DNA of 64,000 nucleotides from Gemmatimonas sp. (GCA_965279375.1 OZ257156.1:1760001-1824000); one strand, 5' to 3'. Numbered from the stretch's first letter, positions 1 to 9,889 are shown. Program-made: numbers and translations. The notes: generated from the sequence alone by a model not told the origin.

Positions 1-458
1 ACGACGGCGCGGGAACGTACACGCCGCCGGGACACTGGAACGACATCGCCGCCGAGTACGTGCGTGATGCCCGCATGAGCGAAGTGCGTGCAGCGCGCAC
101 GTTCGCGCTGCTGAACATGGCGATGCACGACGCATCGGTGGCGTGCTGGAATGCCAAGTACACCTACTTCAATCCGCGCCCGGTGCAGCTCGATCCGAGC
201 ATCGGCACGAGTATCGGCCTCCCGAATTTCCCGGCGTATCCGTCGGGACATTCCACCTTCTCGGCGGCGGCGGCCTCCGTGTTGTCGTATCTGTTTCCCT
301 CGGGCGCCGACGAGTTCGTGAAGCAGGCTGATGAAGCGGGAATCTCGCGCTTGTACGGCGGGATTCACTACCGTAGCGACATCGAGCGCGGCAAGGAGCA
401 TGGCAAGGTCGTCGGTGGCTTCACGGTGCGTTTCGCGCAACAGGATCGCGCGAACTGA
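1..458 (+). CDS. Vanadium-dependent haloperoxidase / PAP2-superfamily protein (5' truncated)
   Basis: Motifs KYTYFNPRP (KxxxxxxRP), YPSGH and SRLYGGIHY; the frame stays open to the window edge (DGAGTYTPPGHWNDIA). Confidence 0.8.
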   Translation, partial: DGAGTYTPPGHWNDIAAEYVRDARMSEVRAARTFALLNMAMHDASVACWNAKYTYFNPRPVQLDPSIGTSIGLPNFPAYPSGHSTFSAAAASVLSYLFPSGADEFVKQADEAGISRLYGGIHYRSDIERGKEHGKVVGGFTVRFAQQDRAN

Positions 459-680
459 AAGTCATCAGGCACACGAGGCTCGGCGATGAACCGCGCGCTG
501 ATGTAGTAGTGACAACCGCGTGACCAACCGGCATGTCGTCATGGAAACATGCCGGGAACAATGCAGTGTGTTCGATGCTTCGGAGCTATGTAGGGCAATG
601 CGAAGGCGTAAAGTGCTCAGCAGTCGGGTTCCTGACGCGTCATCGTTTCATCGCTGCACATCTCACACAGGATCTCGACC

Positions 681-1094
681 ATGCATGACATCATCGATAC
701 CGCAGTAGCCGCAGGCACGTTCAAGACGCTCGCCGCGGCCGTCACCGCCGCTGGTCTCGTTCCGACGCTCAAGGGCGAAGGTCCGTTTACCGTGTTCGCG
801 CCGACCGACGAAGCGTTTGCCAAGCTTCCCGCTGGTACGGTCGAGGCACTGTTGGCTGACATCCCGAAGCTGACCGCCATCCTCACGTATCATGTCGTCG
901 CCGGCAAGGTGTTGGCTGCTGATGTCGTGAAGCTGGACGGCAAGGACGTCGCCACAGTGAATGGCGCAACGATTCACGTGTCGACCACGGGCGGCGTGAA
1001 GTTGAACGGCGCTGCGAATGTCGTCACCACGGACATCGAATGCACCAACGGCGTCATTCACGTGCTCGACGCGGTTATCCTGCCGCCGGCCTGA
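681..1094 (+). CDS. Fasciclin (FAS1) domain protein
   Basis: [19 protein letters not shown] and [10 protein letters not shown] motifs; AGGA upstream. Confidence 0.92.
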   Translation: MHDIIDTAVAAGTFKTLAAAVTAAGLVPTLKGEGPFTVFAPTDEAFAKLPAGTVEALLADIPKLTAILTYHVVAGKVLAADVVKLDGKDVATVNGATIHVSTTGGVKLNGAANVVTTDIECTNGVIHVLDAVILPPA

Positions 1095-1174
1095 TCTCGT
1101 AACGGTCGAACGGTGCTGCACAGGCCGGTTCGCTACTGAACCGCGCTCGAGTGCACCATCGGCGCGTCTCGTAA

Positions 1175-1218
1175 ACACAACGCCCGGTCATCCACTTTGG
1201 ATGCCGGGCGTTTTGTGT
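1175..1218. terminator. Probable bidirectional intrinsic terminator
   Basis: ACACAACGCCCGG-TCATCCA...TGGATG-CCGGGCGTTTTGTGT hairpin between convergent genes. Confidence 0.75.
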
Positions 1219-1257
1219 CGCGTCATTCGCCGCAATCGGGATGTCGGCGCTGAGTGA

Positions 1258-2052
1258 TCAGCCCCGCTTGGTCCAAATAATCAGCGTGCCACAGGTCGTG
1301 AGCTGCTTGCCGAACTCCGCTGGAATGCTCGACAGGCCGCGGTAGTACTCGATACCAATCACGATGTCGGGGTTGATGCTGTTGAGGTCGAAGGGGATGT
1401 CGCCTCGCTTCCCTTCGTAGACCCACGTCCGATCGATCATCACCGACGCATAGCACGGTCGGCCCCGCGTCGCGCCACGCCCTGCGGACGCGTAGACGCC
1501 AAAGCCGCCGACCGATCGTGTCAGCATGATACCGGGAATGCGACGTGCCACATCGGAAAACTGCCCGTGCGACGCGTTCCGGATCATCGCCTCGTCGAAG
1601 AAGTCTCCCGACACCGTGCGCCGCCGACGCTCGAAATCCTCGAGGCCGAGCGGAATCGCATTCGCGGTGACGCTGACCTTGGCGACCGACTGCACACCGG
1701 CCGGTAGCGGTGTGAGCAGAATGTCCGCGTCCACGGTGTCTGACATCGCGAACGCCATGTACGTCTGCAGCGGCGCGAAGCCCACCTGATTCACCTGCAG
1801 CAGCTGTCGTCCGGGCGTGATGCCGGTGAAAACGAACTTGCCCGTGGAGTCGGTGACGACGCGCAGGTTGAGCGACGGCATGCTCAGCGTCGCTCCGGCG
1901 ATCGGTCGTTCGGCCGAGTCGCTCAGCACACGGCCGGAGAAGGTCGCAGGCCGGGAGGCCGGTTTCTGTGCAGATGCCGGCAACGCGCCAAGCAGCGCGC
2001 AACAGAGCGCGGCAGGCAAGGCACGAGCAACAACGAACAATGCGGGACGCAC
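1258..2052 (-). CDS. Secreted protein with carboxypeptidase-regulatory-like domain and TonB-plug-like C-terminus
   Basis: Signal peptide, SGRV..TDSTGKF pattern, C-terminal IEYYRG..CGTLIIWTK; start placed at GTG 2052 (uncertain). Confidence 0.65.
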   Translation of the reverse strand: MRPALFVVARALPAALCCALLGALPASAQKPASRPATFSGRVLSDSAERPIAGATLSMPSLNLRVVTDSTGKFVFTGITPGRQLLQVNQVGFAPLQTYMAFAMSDTVDADILLTPLPAGVQSVAKVSVTANAIPLGLEDFERRRRTVSGDFFDEAMIRNASHGQFSDVARRIPGIMLTRSVGGFGVYASAGRGATRGRPCYASVMIDRTWVYEGKRGDIPFDLNSINPDIVIGIEYYRGLSSIPAEFGKQLTTCGTLIIWTKRG

Positions 2053-2235
2053 GCACAGCCTCCGCTGCGAGCCGAGTGCATCACGGTCGCCGGACGGGGT
2101 CGGGAAAGTATCTCGGAGGAGAAGCTCACGTCGCGCATCGAATGCGCAAGCCCGAGGATCCCTGCGATGCGGTCGGCGCGAGCGGGGAAAACATTCCTGC
2201 CGCACGAACGGCGCCTCGCCGCAACGCAGTCCGTG

Positions 2236-2904
2236 TCACACCCCGCGTACGACTCCAGCGCCTAGCCACACTCCCACAACGGTGCTGGCACAGGCCGCAC
2301 CCACGCGGATGGCCAGGCCGATCTGCTGGCTCAGGCTGCTCGCCAACCCGGCCACCGCACCCGTCATGATCGATACGAGACTCATCCCAAGGATCGTACC
2401 AACGCCGAAGACCACCAGGTAGACCAACTGCTCACTGGCTGAGCTTGCCGCGGCAACGATCAGGACCATCACGGCACCGCTGCCGGCCAGTCCGTGCGCG
2501 ATGCCGAACCCGAACGCGCCACGCGCCGAACGCAGGTTCTGGTGTGAATGGGGATGGGCGTGCGCGTGCGCAACTTCGTGGGCCGGCCCCTGCCGACGCC
2601 GGTGCCGACGCGCCTCCACTGCGAGCGTGCTCACGCCCAGCACGATCAGCAGCGCGGCTACTCCCAGCTCCGCCGTGCGGAAGAACGTGGCGGGGACGCG
2701 AATGCCCAACACGCTGATGCACAGCGCGACGACGCCCAATGACGCCGTGTGACCGATACCCCACGCCACACCCAGCCCCGATGCCGTGCGCCATCCATGT
2801 CGCGACGCCAACGTGGAGACCGCGGCCAGATGATCCGGTTCGAAGGCGTGACGGAATCCCACAAGAAACCCGATCCCGATCAGGGCGAAGATGGCGTGCG
2901 TCAT
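2236..2904 (-). CDS. High-affinity nickel permease-like protein (NiCoT/UreH family)
   Basis: RHAFEPDHLAAV, WGIGH and HGLAGS motifs; His-rich loop; about 6 TM helices; ATGA overlap with the hypF stop. Confidence 0.8.
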   Translation of the reverse strand: MTHAIFALIGIGFLVGFRHAFEPDHLAAVSTLASRHGWRTASGLGVAWGIGHTASLGVVALCISVLGIRVPATFFRTAELGVAALLIVLGVSTLAVEARRHRRRQGPAHEVAHAHAHPHSHQNLRSARGAFGFGIAHGLAGSGAVMVLIVAAASSASEQLVYLVVFGVGTILGMSLVSIMTGAVAGLASSLSQQIGLAIRVGAACASTVVGVWLGAGVVRGV

Positions 2905-5402
2905 TGCGGCCGGAACCGAAGAGCGTGGAAGTCGTTGCGGCCTGACGTCGCGACGGCGTCGTGCCTGGTCGAGAGCATCGTGGTCGAGATCTTCGTGGCC
3001 GCGATCATCGTGGCCGCGATCATCGCTTGCCCGAGCGCGATGCCCCCATCGTTGGGTGGCACACGCCGATGCGTCAGGACGCGAAAGCCCGCGGCGTGCA
3101 AGCGCTCGCGGGCGAGGGTCAGCAGCAACACGTTCTGGAAGACGCCGCCAGTGAGTCCGACCAGGTCGAGCTGGTGGCGATCGCGAACGCGCACGGCCAC
3201 GCGCACGATCGCATCGGCAATGGCCGAATGCATCCGCATGGCGATCAGCCCGCGATCGACGCCGCGTCGCAGGTCTCCGATTATGCGGCGCAACACCGGG
3301 GCCGCGTCGAACGTCATCGGGCGCCCCTCGGCTGCTGCAATCGCGAACACGTAGCCGCCCGTCCGATCGCGGCTGGGATCGTGACGCATCGCGCTCCACG
3401 CCATCGCCTCGAACTCCACGGCGGCCTGTCCCTCATAGCTCACGGTGGCCGGTCCGCCGCACAGGGCCGACGCCGCGTCGAGAAGTCGGCCCATCGAACT
3501 CGTCGTCACACAGCCAAAGCCACGATCGAGCTGCTGCGTGAGGACACGCCGCGATTCCGCGTTGATGGCGCGCTGGACGCCGTCCGGCGCATCCTCCCAC
3601 GCGACCCCGGCCGCATGCAACTGCGCCAGCGCCACGCGCGCGGGATGGCGCACCGCCGAGTCGCCGCCGGGCAGCTGTGTGGGGGCGAGGTGCGCGACAC
3701 GTTCGAAGCCGTGATAGTCGGCTACCAGCACCTCACCACCCCAGATCGTGCCGTCGGTGCCGTAGCCGGTGCCGTCGAACGCCACCCCGATCACGCGCTC
3801 ATGCGTCAGGCCATGCTCCGCCATCAGCGACGCCACATGCGCGTGGTGATGCTGCACTGTCATCACCGGCAGTCCGCGTTCTGCGGCCCAGGCACGCGCC
3901 ACCGCCGCCGACGCGTAGTCCGGATGGGCGTCGCAGGCGACGGCCATCGGTGTGGTCTCGAGCAGTGTGCTCAGATGCGACATCGTGGACGTGAGCAGCG
4001 CGCGTGTCTCGATGCCGGCTACGTCGCCGATGTGCGGACTGAGGAACGCGTGCTGGTCGCGCGTGATGCACAACGTGGCCTTGAGTTCGCCGCCGACGGC
4101 CAGCACAGACGGATAAGGCGCGCTCGTGACCGCACCGATCGAACCCGGCACGGCGGGAAGCGCGACGGGATACGGCGCGTACCCGCGCGACCGTCGGATT
4201 GGCAGCAGGTCGCCCCTCACCACGCGCATGACGGAATCATCGCATGGCATCGCGATCTCGCGGTCATGCAGCAGCAACCCGTCGCACAACGGTGCAAGTC
4301 GCGCGCGCGCCTCGTCGTTGGTGTAGGCGATCGGCTCGTCGCTCACGTTCCCTGACGTCATCACGAGTGGACCGTCCGCGGCCAACAGATGATGCAGTGG
4401 TGCATACGGCAGCATCACGCCCAGCAGATCGTGTCCCGGCGCGATGTTGGGAGCCAGCAGATTGTCGACGCGGGCACGCAGCAGGACGATCGGCGCTTCC
4501 GCGCTGCACAGGAGCGCGGCCTCCGCGTCGGACACCACGCCAACGCCGAGCGCCACGTCGATCGTTGCCACCATCACCGCGAGCGGTTTGGCCGCGCGCT
4601 GCTTCCGGTCGCGCAATCGCTGCACGGCGAGCGGATTGGTCGCGTCACACACCAGATGAAATCCACCGACGCCCTTCACTGCGACGGTGCCACCGGCCCG
4701 AATGCAGCGGAGCGCCGCGCCAAGGGGATCTCCGCTCCCGTCGCAGCCGGCGAGCATCTCCGCGGACGCGCTCGGTGAGCGCTCCCATGAGAGCTGCGGT
4801 CCACAGTCGGGGCAGGCGTTGGGCTGCGCGTGGAATCGACGATGGGTCGGTGTGTCGTACTCCCGCTGGCACGAGACGCACATGGTGAACGCCGCCATCG
4901 TCGTCTTCGCCCGATCGTACGGCAGGTCGCGCACGATGGTGTACCGTGGCCCGCAGTGACTGCAGTTGATGAACGGATAGCGATAGCGACGGTCCGTCGG
5001 GTCCCGCAGCTCGGCCAGACACGCGTCGCACGTCCCGATATCCTGGCTGACGACGGCTCGACGTTGACCGCCGGCGGCGGACACGGTACTCGCCACGATG
5101 CCAAAGCCCGTCGTGCCTCGCGGTGGAATCGATGCGCGCTCCACCGTCTCGATCCGCGCCTGTGGCGGGGCGTGGCGCTGCAGCGCGTCGAAGAAGCGTT
5201 CTACCGCGTCCGCATCTCCCTCGACTTCCAGAAACACGCCGTCCGCATCGTTGCCGACATGCCCCGTCAGCTCGCACTGCTGTGCCAACGCATGCACGAA
5301 GGGGCGAAATCCGACGCCCTGCACACCGCCACGCACGCGCGCGCGATCACGCACTTGCTCACGCACCTTCGCCGCCGCGGTCGATGTTGCCAGTGCGTTC
5401 AT
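2901..5402 (-). CDS. hypF: Carbamoyltransferase HypF
   Basis: GGVQGVGFRPFV acylphosphatase domain, two Zn-finger CxxC pairs, KGVGGFHL, QHHHAH, DGTGYG, PNDGGIALGQ; start uncertain (5402 chosen). Confidence 0.97.
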   Translation of the reverse strand: MNALATSTAAAKVREQVRDRARVRGGVQGVGFRPFVHALAQQCELTGHVGNDADGVFLEVEGDADAVERFFDALQRHAPPQARIETVERASIPPRGTTGFGIVASTVSAAGGQRRAVVSQDIGTCDACLAELRDPTDRRYRYPFINCSHCGPRYTIVRDLPYDRAKTTMAAFTMCVSCQREYDTPTHRRFHAQPNACPDCGPQLSWERSPSASAEMLAGCDGSGDPLGAALRCIRAGGTVAVKGVGGFHLVCDATNPLAVQRLRDRKQRAAKPLAVMVATIDVALGVGVVSDAEAALLCSAEAPIVLLRARVDNLLAPNIAPGHDLLGVMLPYAPLHHLLAADGPLVMTSGNVSDEPIAYTNDEARARLAPLCDGLLLHDREIAMPCDDSVMRVVRGDLLPIRRSRGYAPYPVALPAVPGSIGAVTSAPYPSVLAVGGELKATLCITRDQHAFLSPHIGDVAGIETRALLTSTMSHLSTLLETTPMAVACDAHPDYASAAVARAWAAERGLPVMTVQHHHAHVASLMAEHGLTHERVIGVAFDGTGYGTDGTIWGGEVLVADYHGFERVAHLAPTQLPGGDSAVRHPARVALAQLHAAGVAWEDAPDGVQRAINAESRRVLTQQLDRGFGCVTTSSMGRLLDAASALCGGPATVSYEGQAAVEFEAMAWSAMRHDPSRDRTGGYVFAIAAAEGRPMTFDAAPVLRRIIGDLRRGVDRGLIAMRMHSAIADAIVRVAVRVRDRHQLDLVGLTGGVFQNVLLLTLARERLHAAGFRVLTHRRVPPNDGGIALGQAMIAATMIAATKISTTMLSTRHDAVATSGRNDFHALRFRPQ

Positions 5403-5440
5403 GGAGGAAGAGTCTGCGTCGCGCACCTCGTGCACGGAAA

Positions 5441-5456
5441 TAGCATGTTCATGCCA
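5441..5456. promoter_or_regulatory. Candidate 7-2-7 inverted-heptamer operator, copy 1
   Basis: TAGCATG-TT-CATGCCA in the divergent hypF/DUF1641 intergenic region; near-identical copy at 9930-9945. Confidence 0.6.
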
Positions 5457-5526
5457 TAACGTGCTCTGGTGCAAAGTCGTACCGTATCGCCTCCCACCCG
5501 AAGGTTCACGACCCCGGAGTCATCGC

Positions 5527-6312
5527 ATGGGCATCACACTCGTTGACGGCGACGCGTCACGACAGGAGCAGCTGCTCGCCAGACTGGCGGAACCGCAGAC
5601 AGCCGCCGCGTTGAACAAGCTCCTCGATCGCCTCGAAATCATCGTATTCGCCACCGAGGCGCTCGACGGCTTTCTGCATCGCGCCGACATCATCTCGGAT
5701 TCGGTGTCGGAATCCGTGGGTGATCTGCGCAAGATGGTTGGCGTCTCCGGTACCGCCGCGCTCATGTCTAAGCTGCCACAGCTCGCCGCAACGGGCGCGC
5801 AGGTCGCGGACGTCGCGCAGTCCCCGCCGGTGCAGCGCCTGCTCAACTCCGGACTGCTCGAAAAGCTCGGCGATCCGGAGACGATCGCCTCCATCAAGGG
5901 GCTCATCGACAAACTGGAGCTCGCGGTCTTCTCGCTCGAAGCGATGGATGGCTTCCTGCGCCGCGGCGACATGCTGGCCGATAACCTCGCCGACGCCGTC
6001 AACGACGCGCGCGGCATAGCCCCCGACATCGATCCGAAAAAGCTGCGGCAGGTGCTGGTGGACCTCCCCACGCTCGTCGAAGCGGGATCGACGCTGGTCA
6101 AGTCCGGCATGCTCGACCCCGAAGTCGTCATGCTGCTCGGCGAGGCCGGCCATGTCTTCGCCCGCGCCTACGACGATGCAAAGGGACACAAGCCGCAGAA
6201 CCTCGGCATCCTCGGACTCGCCAAGGCGCTGCGCGATCCGGACGTCTCGCGTTCGCTGGAGTTCGGCCTCCGCATCGCCAAGGCGTTCGGCAAGTCGCTC
6301 AAGGAGCACTAG
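5527..6312 (+). CDS. DUF1641-family helical protein with internal duplication
   Basis: C-terminal GILGLAKALRDPDVSRSLEFGLRIAKAFG signature; GGAG RBS; two repeats offset by 94 aa. Confidence 0.8.
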   Translation: MGITLVDGDASRQEQLLARLAEPQTAAALNKLLDRLEIIVFATEALDGFLHRADIISDSVSESVGDLRKMVGVSGTAALMSKLPQLAATGAQVADVAQSPPVQRLLNSGLLEKLGDPETIASIKGLIDKLELAVFSLEAMDGFLRRGDMLADNLADAVNDARGIAPDIDPKKLRQVLVDLPTLVEAGSTLVKSGMLDPEVVMLLGEAGHVFARAYDDAKGHKPQNLGILGLAKALRDPDVSRSLEFGLRIAKAFGKSLKEH

Positions 6313-6315
6313 CGC

Positions 6316-6708
6316 GTGCACGAACTCTCGCTGGCCCATGGCATCGTCGAGCTGGCGAGCGAGGCCGCCGAACGCGCGCAGGCCGCGCGCGTGACGGCGG
6401 TGCACCTGCGCGTCGGTCGCCTCTCTGGCGTCGAGGCGGGCGCGCTGCTCTTTTCGTATGACATTGCGGCGGCAGGCACGCCACTCGAAGGGTCGCGGCT
6501 CGTGATCGAGGAATTGCCGGTGGTGGTGTGGTGCGTGCCCTGCGGCGCACTGCGTGAGTTGCCGGGCGTGCAGCGCTTTCGCTGTCCCACCTGCGACACG
6601 CCATCGGGAGATATCAGACAAGGACGCGAGTGCGACGTGCAATCGATCGAGATCGAAGCCTCGCGCGTCGACTCGCTCGATGTTGAATCCTGCCAGCCCG
6701 TGTCGTAG
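6316..6708 (+). CDS. hypA: Hydrogenase nickel metallochaperone HypA
   Basis: MHELSLA N-terminus, GRLSGV, CVPC/CPTC zinc pairs. Confidence 0.96.
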   Translation: MHELSLAHGIVELASEAAERAQAARVTAVHLRVGRLSGVEAGALLFSYDIAAAGTPLEGSRLVIEELPVVVWCVPCGALRELPGVQRFRCPTCDTPSGDIRQGRECDVQSIEIEASRVDSLDVESCQPVS

Positions 6709-6748
6709 TGCGCGACGTCGTTCGATCCATCATCCGGACACATTCGTC

Positions 6749-7450
6749 ATGAGCAGTCCCCGCATCGTCGAAGTACGCGCTGGCGTCCTGAAGAAGAACG
6801 ACGAACTCGCACGCGCGCTGCGTGAGCGCTATACCGGCGCCGGTACCTTCGTCGTCAATCTCGTCTCCAGCCCGGGCACCGGAAAAACCGCACTGCTCGA
6901 AGCGATGTTGACCCGCCTGCATGCCAACGGCGTGCGCGTCGCGGCACTCGTCGGCGATCTGGAGACGGACAACGACGCACGCCGCCTCGCCCGCAGTGGC
7001 GCACCGGTTCGACAGATCAACACGCACGGCCGCTGCCACCTCGAAGCGGAGATGATCAGCACGCACCTCGAGGGCTGGCACCTCGATGACATCGAGATCC
7101 TCTTCGTCGAGAACGTCGGCAATCTCGTCTGCCCGTCGTCCTACGATCTGGGCGAAGCGATGCGTCTCGTCATGCTGTCGGTCACCGAAGGGGAAGACAA
7201 GCCGCTCAAATATCCGGGCATGTTCAACTCGGCCGACGTTGCAGTCATCACCAAGATGGACCTCGCCGTCGCCTGCGAGTTCGACGAACCGCTCGCCGTG
7301 GCCAACATCCGCGAAGTGCGCCCCGGCATGACGGTGCTCACCGTCTCGTCGAAACGCGGTGATGGGATGGACACGTTGCTGCAGGCGCTCACCGATGCCC
7401 GAAGTGCATGGCTGGCTGCTCGCGCCGAGGCCGCCGTCGGCGCGCTGTAG
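6749..7450 (+). CDS. hypB: Hydrogenase nickel incorporation GTPase HypB
   Basis: SSPGTGKT, CHL, ENVGNLVCP, EGEDKPLKYP, TKMD. Confidence 0.97.
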   Translation: MSSPRIVEVRAGVLKKNDELARALRERYTGAGTFVVNLVSSPGTGKTALLEAMLTRLHANGVRVAALVGDLETDNDARRLARSGAPVRQINTHGRCHLEAEMISTHLEGWHLDDIEILFVENVGNLVCPSSYDLGEAMRLVMLSVTEGEDKPLKYPGMFNSADVAVITKMDLAVACEFDEPLAVANIREVRPGMTVLTVSSKRGDGMDTLLQALTDARSAWLAARAEAAVGAL

Positions 7451-7499
7451 ATTTGTGGCGTGACCCACGATCTGCGTTGTCACTCGTGAGCAGCCCGGC

Positions 7500-9248
7500 G
7501 TGAACGGCTCGCGCGCCTCACTCGATCGGCTCGCCGCGCTCCCGCCGCTGGCCGCACGTGATCGCGCCCTTGGCGCGATCGAGGCCATTCACGCCTGCGC
7601 ACGTGCCGTCGCACAGGAACCCGATGCGGTCGAGCTGGCGCGCGCGCTCGCGCATCAGCTGAGACGCACCCTGCGCGTGCAGAATGTGCTCGTCGCCTCC
7701 GTCACCGATGAACAGATCGTCGCCTGCACCTTTGCCATGTCGGGCGACGAGCTCCCCACCGACGATCAGCGCGACGCCATGCAGGCTCTCGCCGCGTGGG
7801 TGGTGCTACGCCGACAACTTTTCCTCGCCAACAACGACGAGCAGGTGATCGCCGGCGACGGCCGCCTGCTGTCGGAGCTCGGGTGGCGACAAGTCGTGGC
7901 CGTTCCCGTGCTGCATCATCAGGGACATCCACTCGCCGTCCTGCTGCTGGTGAGCCGTCGTGACGCGGGCGGCTTCAGTGCGGCCGATGTTCGCCTCGTC
8001 GAGACCGTCGCGGCCCCCGCCGCCGTCGCATTCGATCGCGCCACACTCCTCGGCCAGCTGCAAGAGTGGACGAATGGCATGGAGGCGCTGCTCACCTTCA
8101 GCTCGGCCGTCAATCGCCGCCGCGATCCGGCCACGCTGGTGCGCGACATGGTGGAGCATGCGGCACGGTTTCTCAGCGCCGATGGTGGGCGCGGCGGGGT
8201 CTGCGAAACCGTGCCCTGCAAGCCGCCCGTTACGCAGTTGCGCAGTGTCGCACGGTGGCACAACAACGGATGGATCGAGGAAGAGCGGACCTGGCGCGCC
8301 GATGAGGGCATTCCCGGTACCATGCTCGAAACCGAATTCCCGATCCTGATCGCCAGCTACGCCGATGATCGCCTCGCCGAGCCGGCGCTGATCGGTACGG
8401 TGCATCGCGCGATCGGTGTGCCGATCAAGAATGCGCACGATGTCGTGCTCGGCTTCTTCGAGTTGCACCGTGGTGAAGGGCGCCCCCCGTTCACCTGGCG
8501 CGACGCCGCGCTGCTGGAAGCGCTGGCTAGCACCATCGCCGTGGCCATCGACAACGAACGCCTCGCCGTGGAGCTCTCCACCAAGAGCGAGGAGGTACGT
8601 CAGCTCGCCGCGCATCATCTCCGACGTCTGGAAGACGAACGCCAGCACATCGCGCGTGAACTGCACGATGAGGCGGGGCAGGCGTTGGTGGCCGTGAAGC
8701 TGTCGCTGCAGGCGGCGACACGGCTCGTTCCCCCAGACCAGCCCGCGCTGCGCGAACAGTTGGACCATCTGCGCGGGCAGCTCAACGATGCCGCGACCCA
8801 GCTCAAGACGATGGCCCGCAACCTGCGCCCGCCCACGCTCGACCGCCTGGGGCTCGACATGGCGCTCGCGCAGCTGGCCGAAGAGACACAGGAGCGCATG
8901 GGGTGCGTCGTGCGACTGGAGATGGACTGGCATCCCAAGCGCCTCGCGCCGGAGATCGAGACGGCGCTCTTTCGCGTGACGCAGGAAGCGCTCACCAACG
9001 CGGCCAAGCATGCGGCAGCGCGCGAGGTCGCGATCTCGCTCACGTTCGACATGGCGCATGTGACGCTCCGCATCGTGGACAACGGCGCCGGCTTCGATGC
9101 ACGCGATGGCCGCGGCGGTCTCGGTATCATCGGCATTCGCGAGCGGATCGCCATGCTCGACGGCGACGTGCAGGTCATCTCCAGCTCCGGCGCCGGCACC
9201 ACGCTGGTCGCCCGCGTTCCCATTGCCGTCGGCGAGGCATCGCACTGA
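7500..9248 (+). CDS. Cytoplasmic GAF-GAF sensor histidine kinase (HisKA_3 type)
   Basis: Two GAF-like segments, ERQHIARELHDEAGQ H-box, EALTNAAKHA N-box, DNGAGF, GLGIIG; no TM helix seen. Confidence 0.9.
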   Translation: MNGSRASLDRLAALPPLAARDRALGAIEAIHACARAVAQEPDAVELARALAHQLRRTLRVQNVLVASVTDEQIVACTFAMSGDELPTDDQRDAMQALAAWVVLRRQLFLANNDEQVIAGDGRLLSELGWRQVVAVPVLHHQGHPLAVLLLVSRRDAGGFSAADVRLVETVAAPAAVAFDRATLLGQLQEWTNGMEALLTFSSAVNRRRDPATLVRDMVEHAARFLSADGGRGGVCETVPCKPPVTQLRSVARWHNNGWIEEERTWRADEGIPGTMLETEFPILIASYADDRLAEPALIGTVHRAIGVPIKNAHDVVLGFFELHRGEGRPPFTWRDAALLEALASTIAVAIDNERLAVELSTKSEEVRQLAAHHLRRLEDERQHIARELHDEAGQALVAVKLSLQAATRLVPPDQPALREQLDHLRGQLNDAATQLKTMARNLRPPTLDRLGLDMALAQLAEETQERMGCVVRLEMDWHPKRLAPEIETALFRVTQEALTNAAKHAAAREVAISLTFDMAHVTLRIVDNGAGFDARDGRGGLGIIGIRERIAMLDGDVQVISSSGAGTTLVARVPIAVGEASH

Positions 9249-9889
9249 TGCGCGGGCATCGCGTACTGGTGGTGGACGATCACGCTCTGGTACGCCGTGG
9301 CCTGATGGCGCTGCTTCAGTCGGAGGGGCGCTTTACCGTCGTCGGGGAAGCGGGGAACGGCGAAGAGGCACTCACGCTGGTCACGCAGCTCCGCCCGGAT
9401 ATCGTGCTGCTCGATCTCTCCATGCCGCGCATGGACGGTCTGGAGACGATTCGCCGCATTCGTCGCATGCCGATGCGTCTGCGCGTGCTCGTGCTGTCGA
9501 TGTACGACGACCTGCAGTTCATCGCACAGGCGCTCTCCGACGGCGCCGATGGCTACCTGCTGAAGGATGCGATGGACGATGAGCTCTTCACCGCGCTGGA
9601 CGCTGTGCTGCGCGGACAGCGCTATCTCGCCCGATCCATCGATCAATCACGCATCGCCGAAGTGGCCGTTCACTCGGTGGAGCTCACCCAGCGCGAGCGT
9701 GAAGTCCTGCAGCTCATCGCCGACGGCCACACCACGCAGCACGTCGCCGAGATTCTCTCTATCTCGCCACACACCGCCACACGTCACCGGGCCAACCTGA
9801 TGCACAAGCTGGACGTGCACAATCAGGTCGAACTCGTCCGGGCGGCGGTTCAGCGAGGGCTGATCGTGGTTCCCGGGCGCGGCGCCTAG
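9248..9889 (+). CDS. NarL/LuxR-family response regulator
   Basis: VDDH, LLDLSMP, GYLLK receiver domain; LTQREREVL LuxR HTH; overlaps the kinase stop codon. Confidence 0.95.
   Translation: MRGHRVLVVDDHALVRRGLMALLQSEGRFTVVGEAGNGEEALTLVTQLRPDIVLLDLSMPRMDGLETIRRIRRMPMRLRVLVLSMYDDLQFIAQALSDGADGYLLKDAMDDELFTALDAVLRGQRYLARSIDQSRIAEVAVHSVELTQREREVLQLIADGHTTQHVAEILSISPHTATRHRANLMHKLDVHNQVELVRAAVQRGLIVVPGRGA

Noticed and set aside
5098..5526. N-terminal extensions in the ORF track (5098, 6554, 8903, 14684, 16625, 61356 and others)
   Set aside because: They overlap neighbouring genes; RBS position and homology support the downstream starts used here
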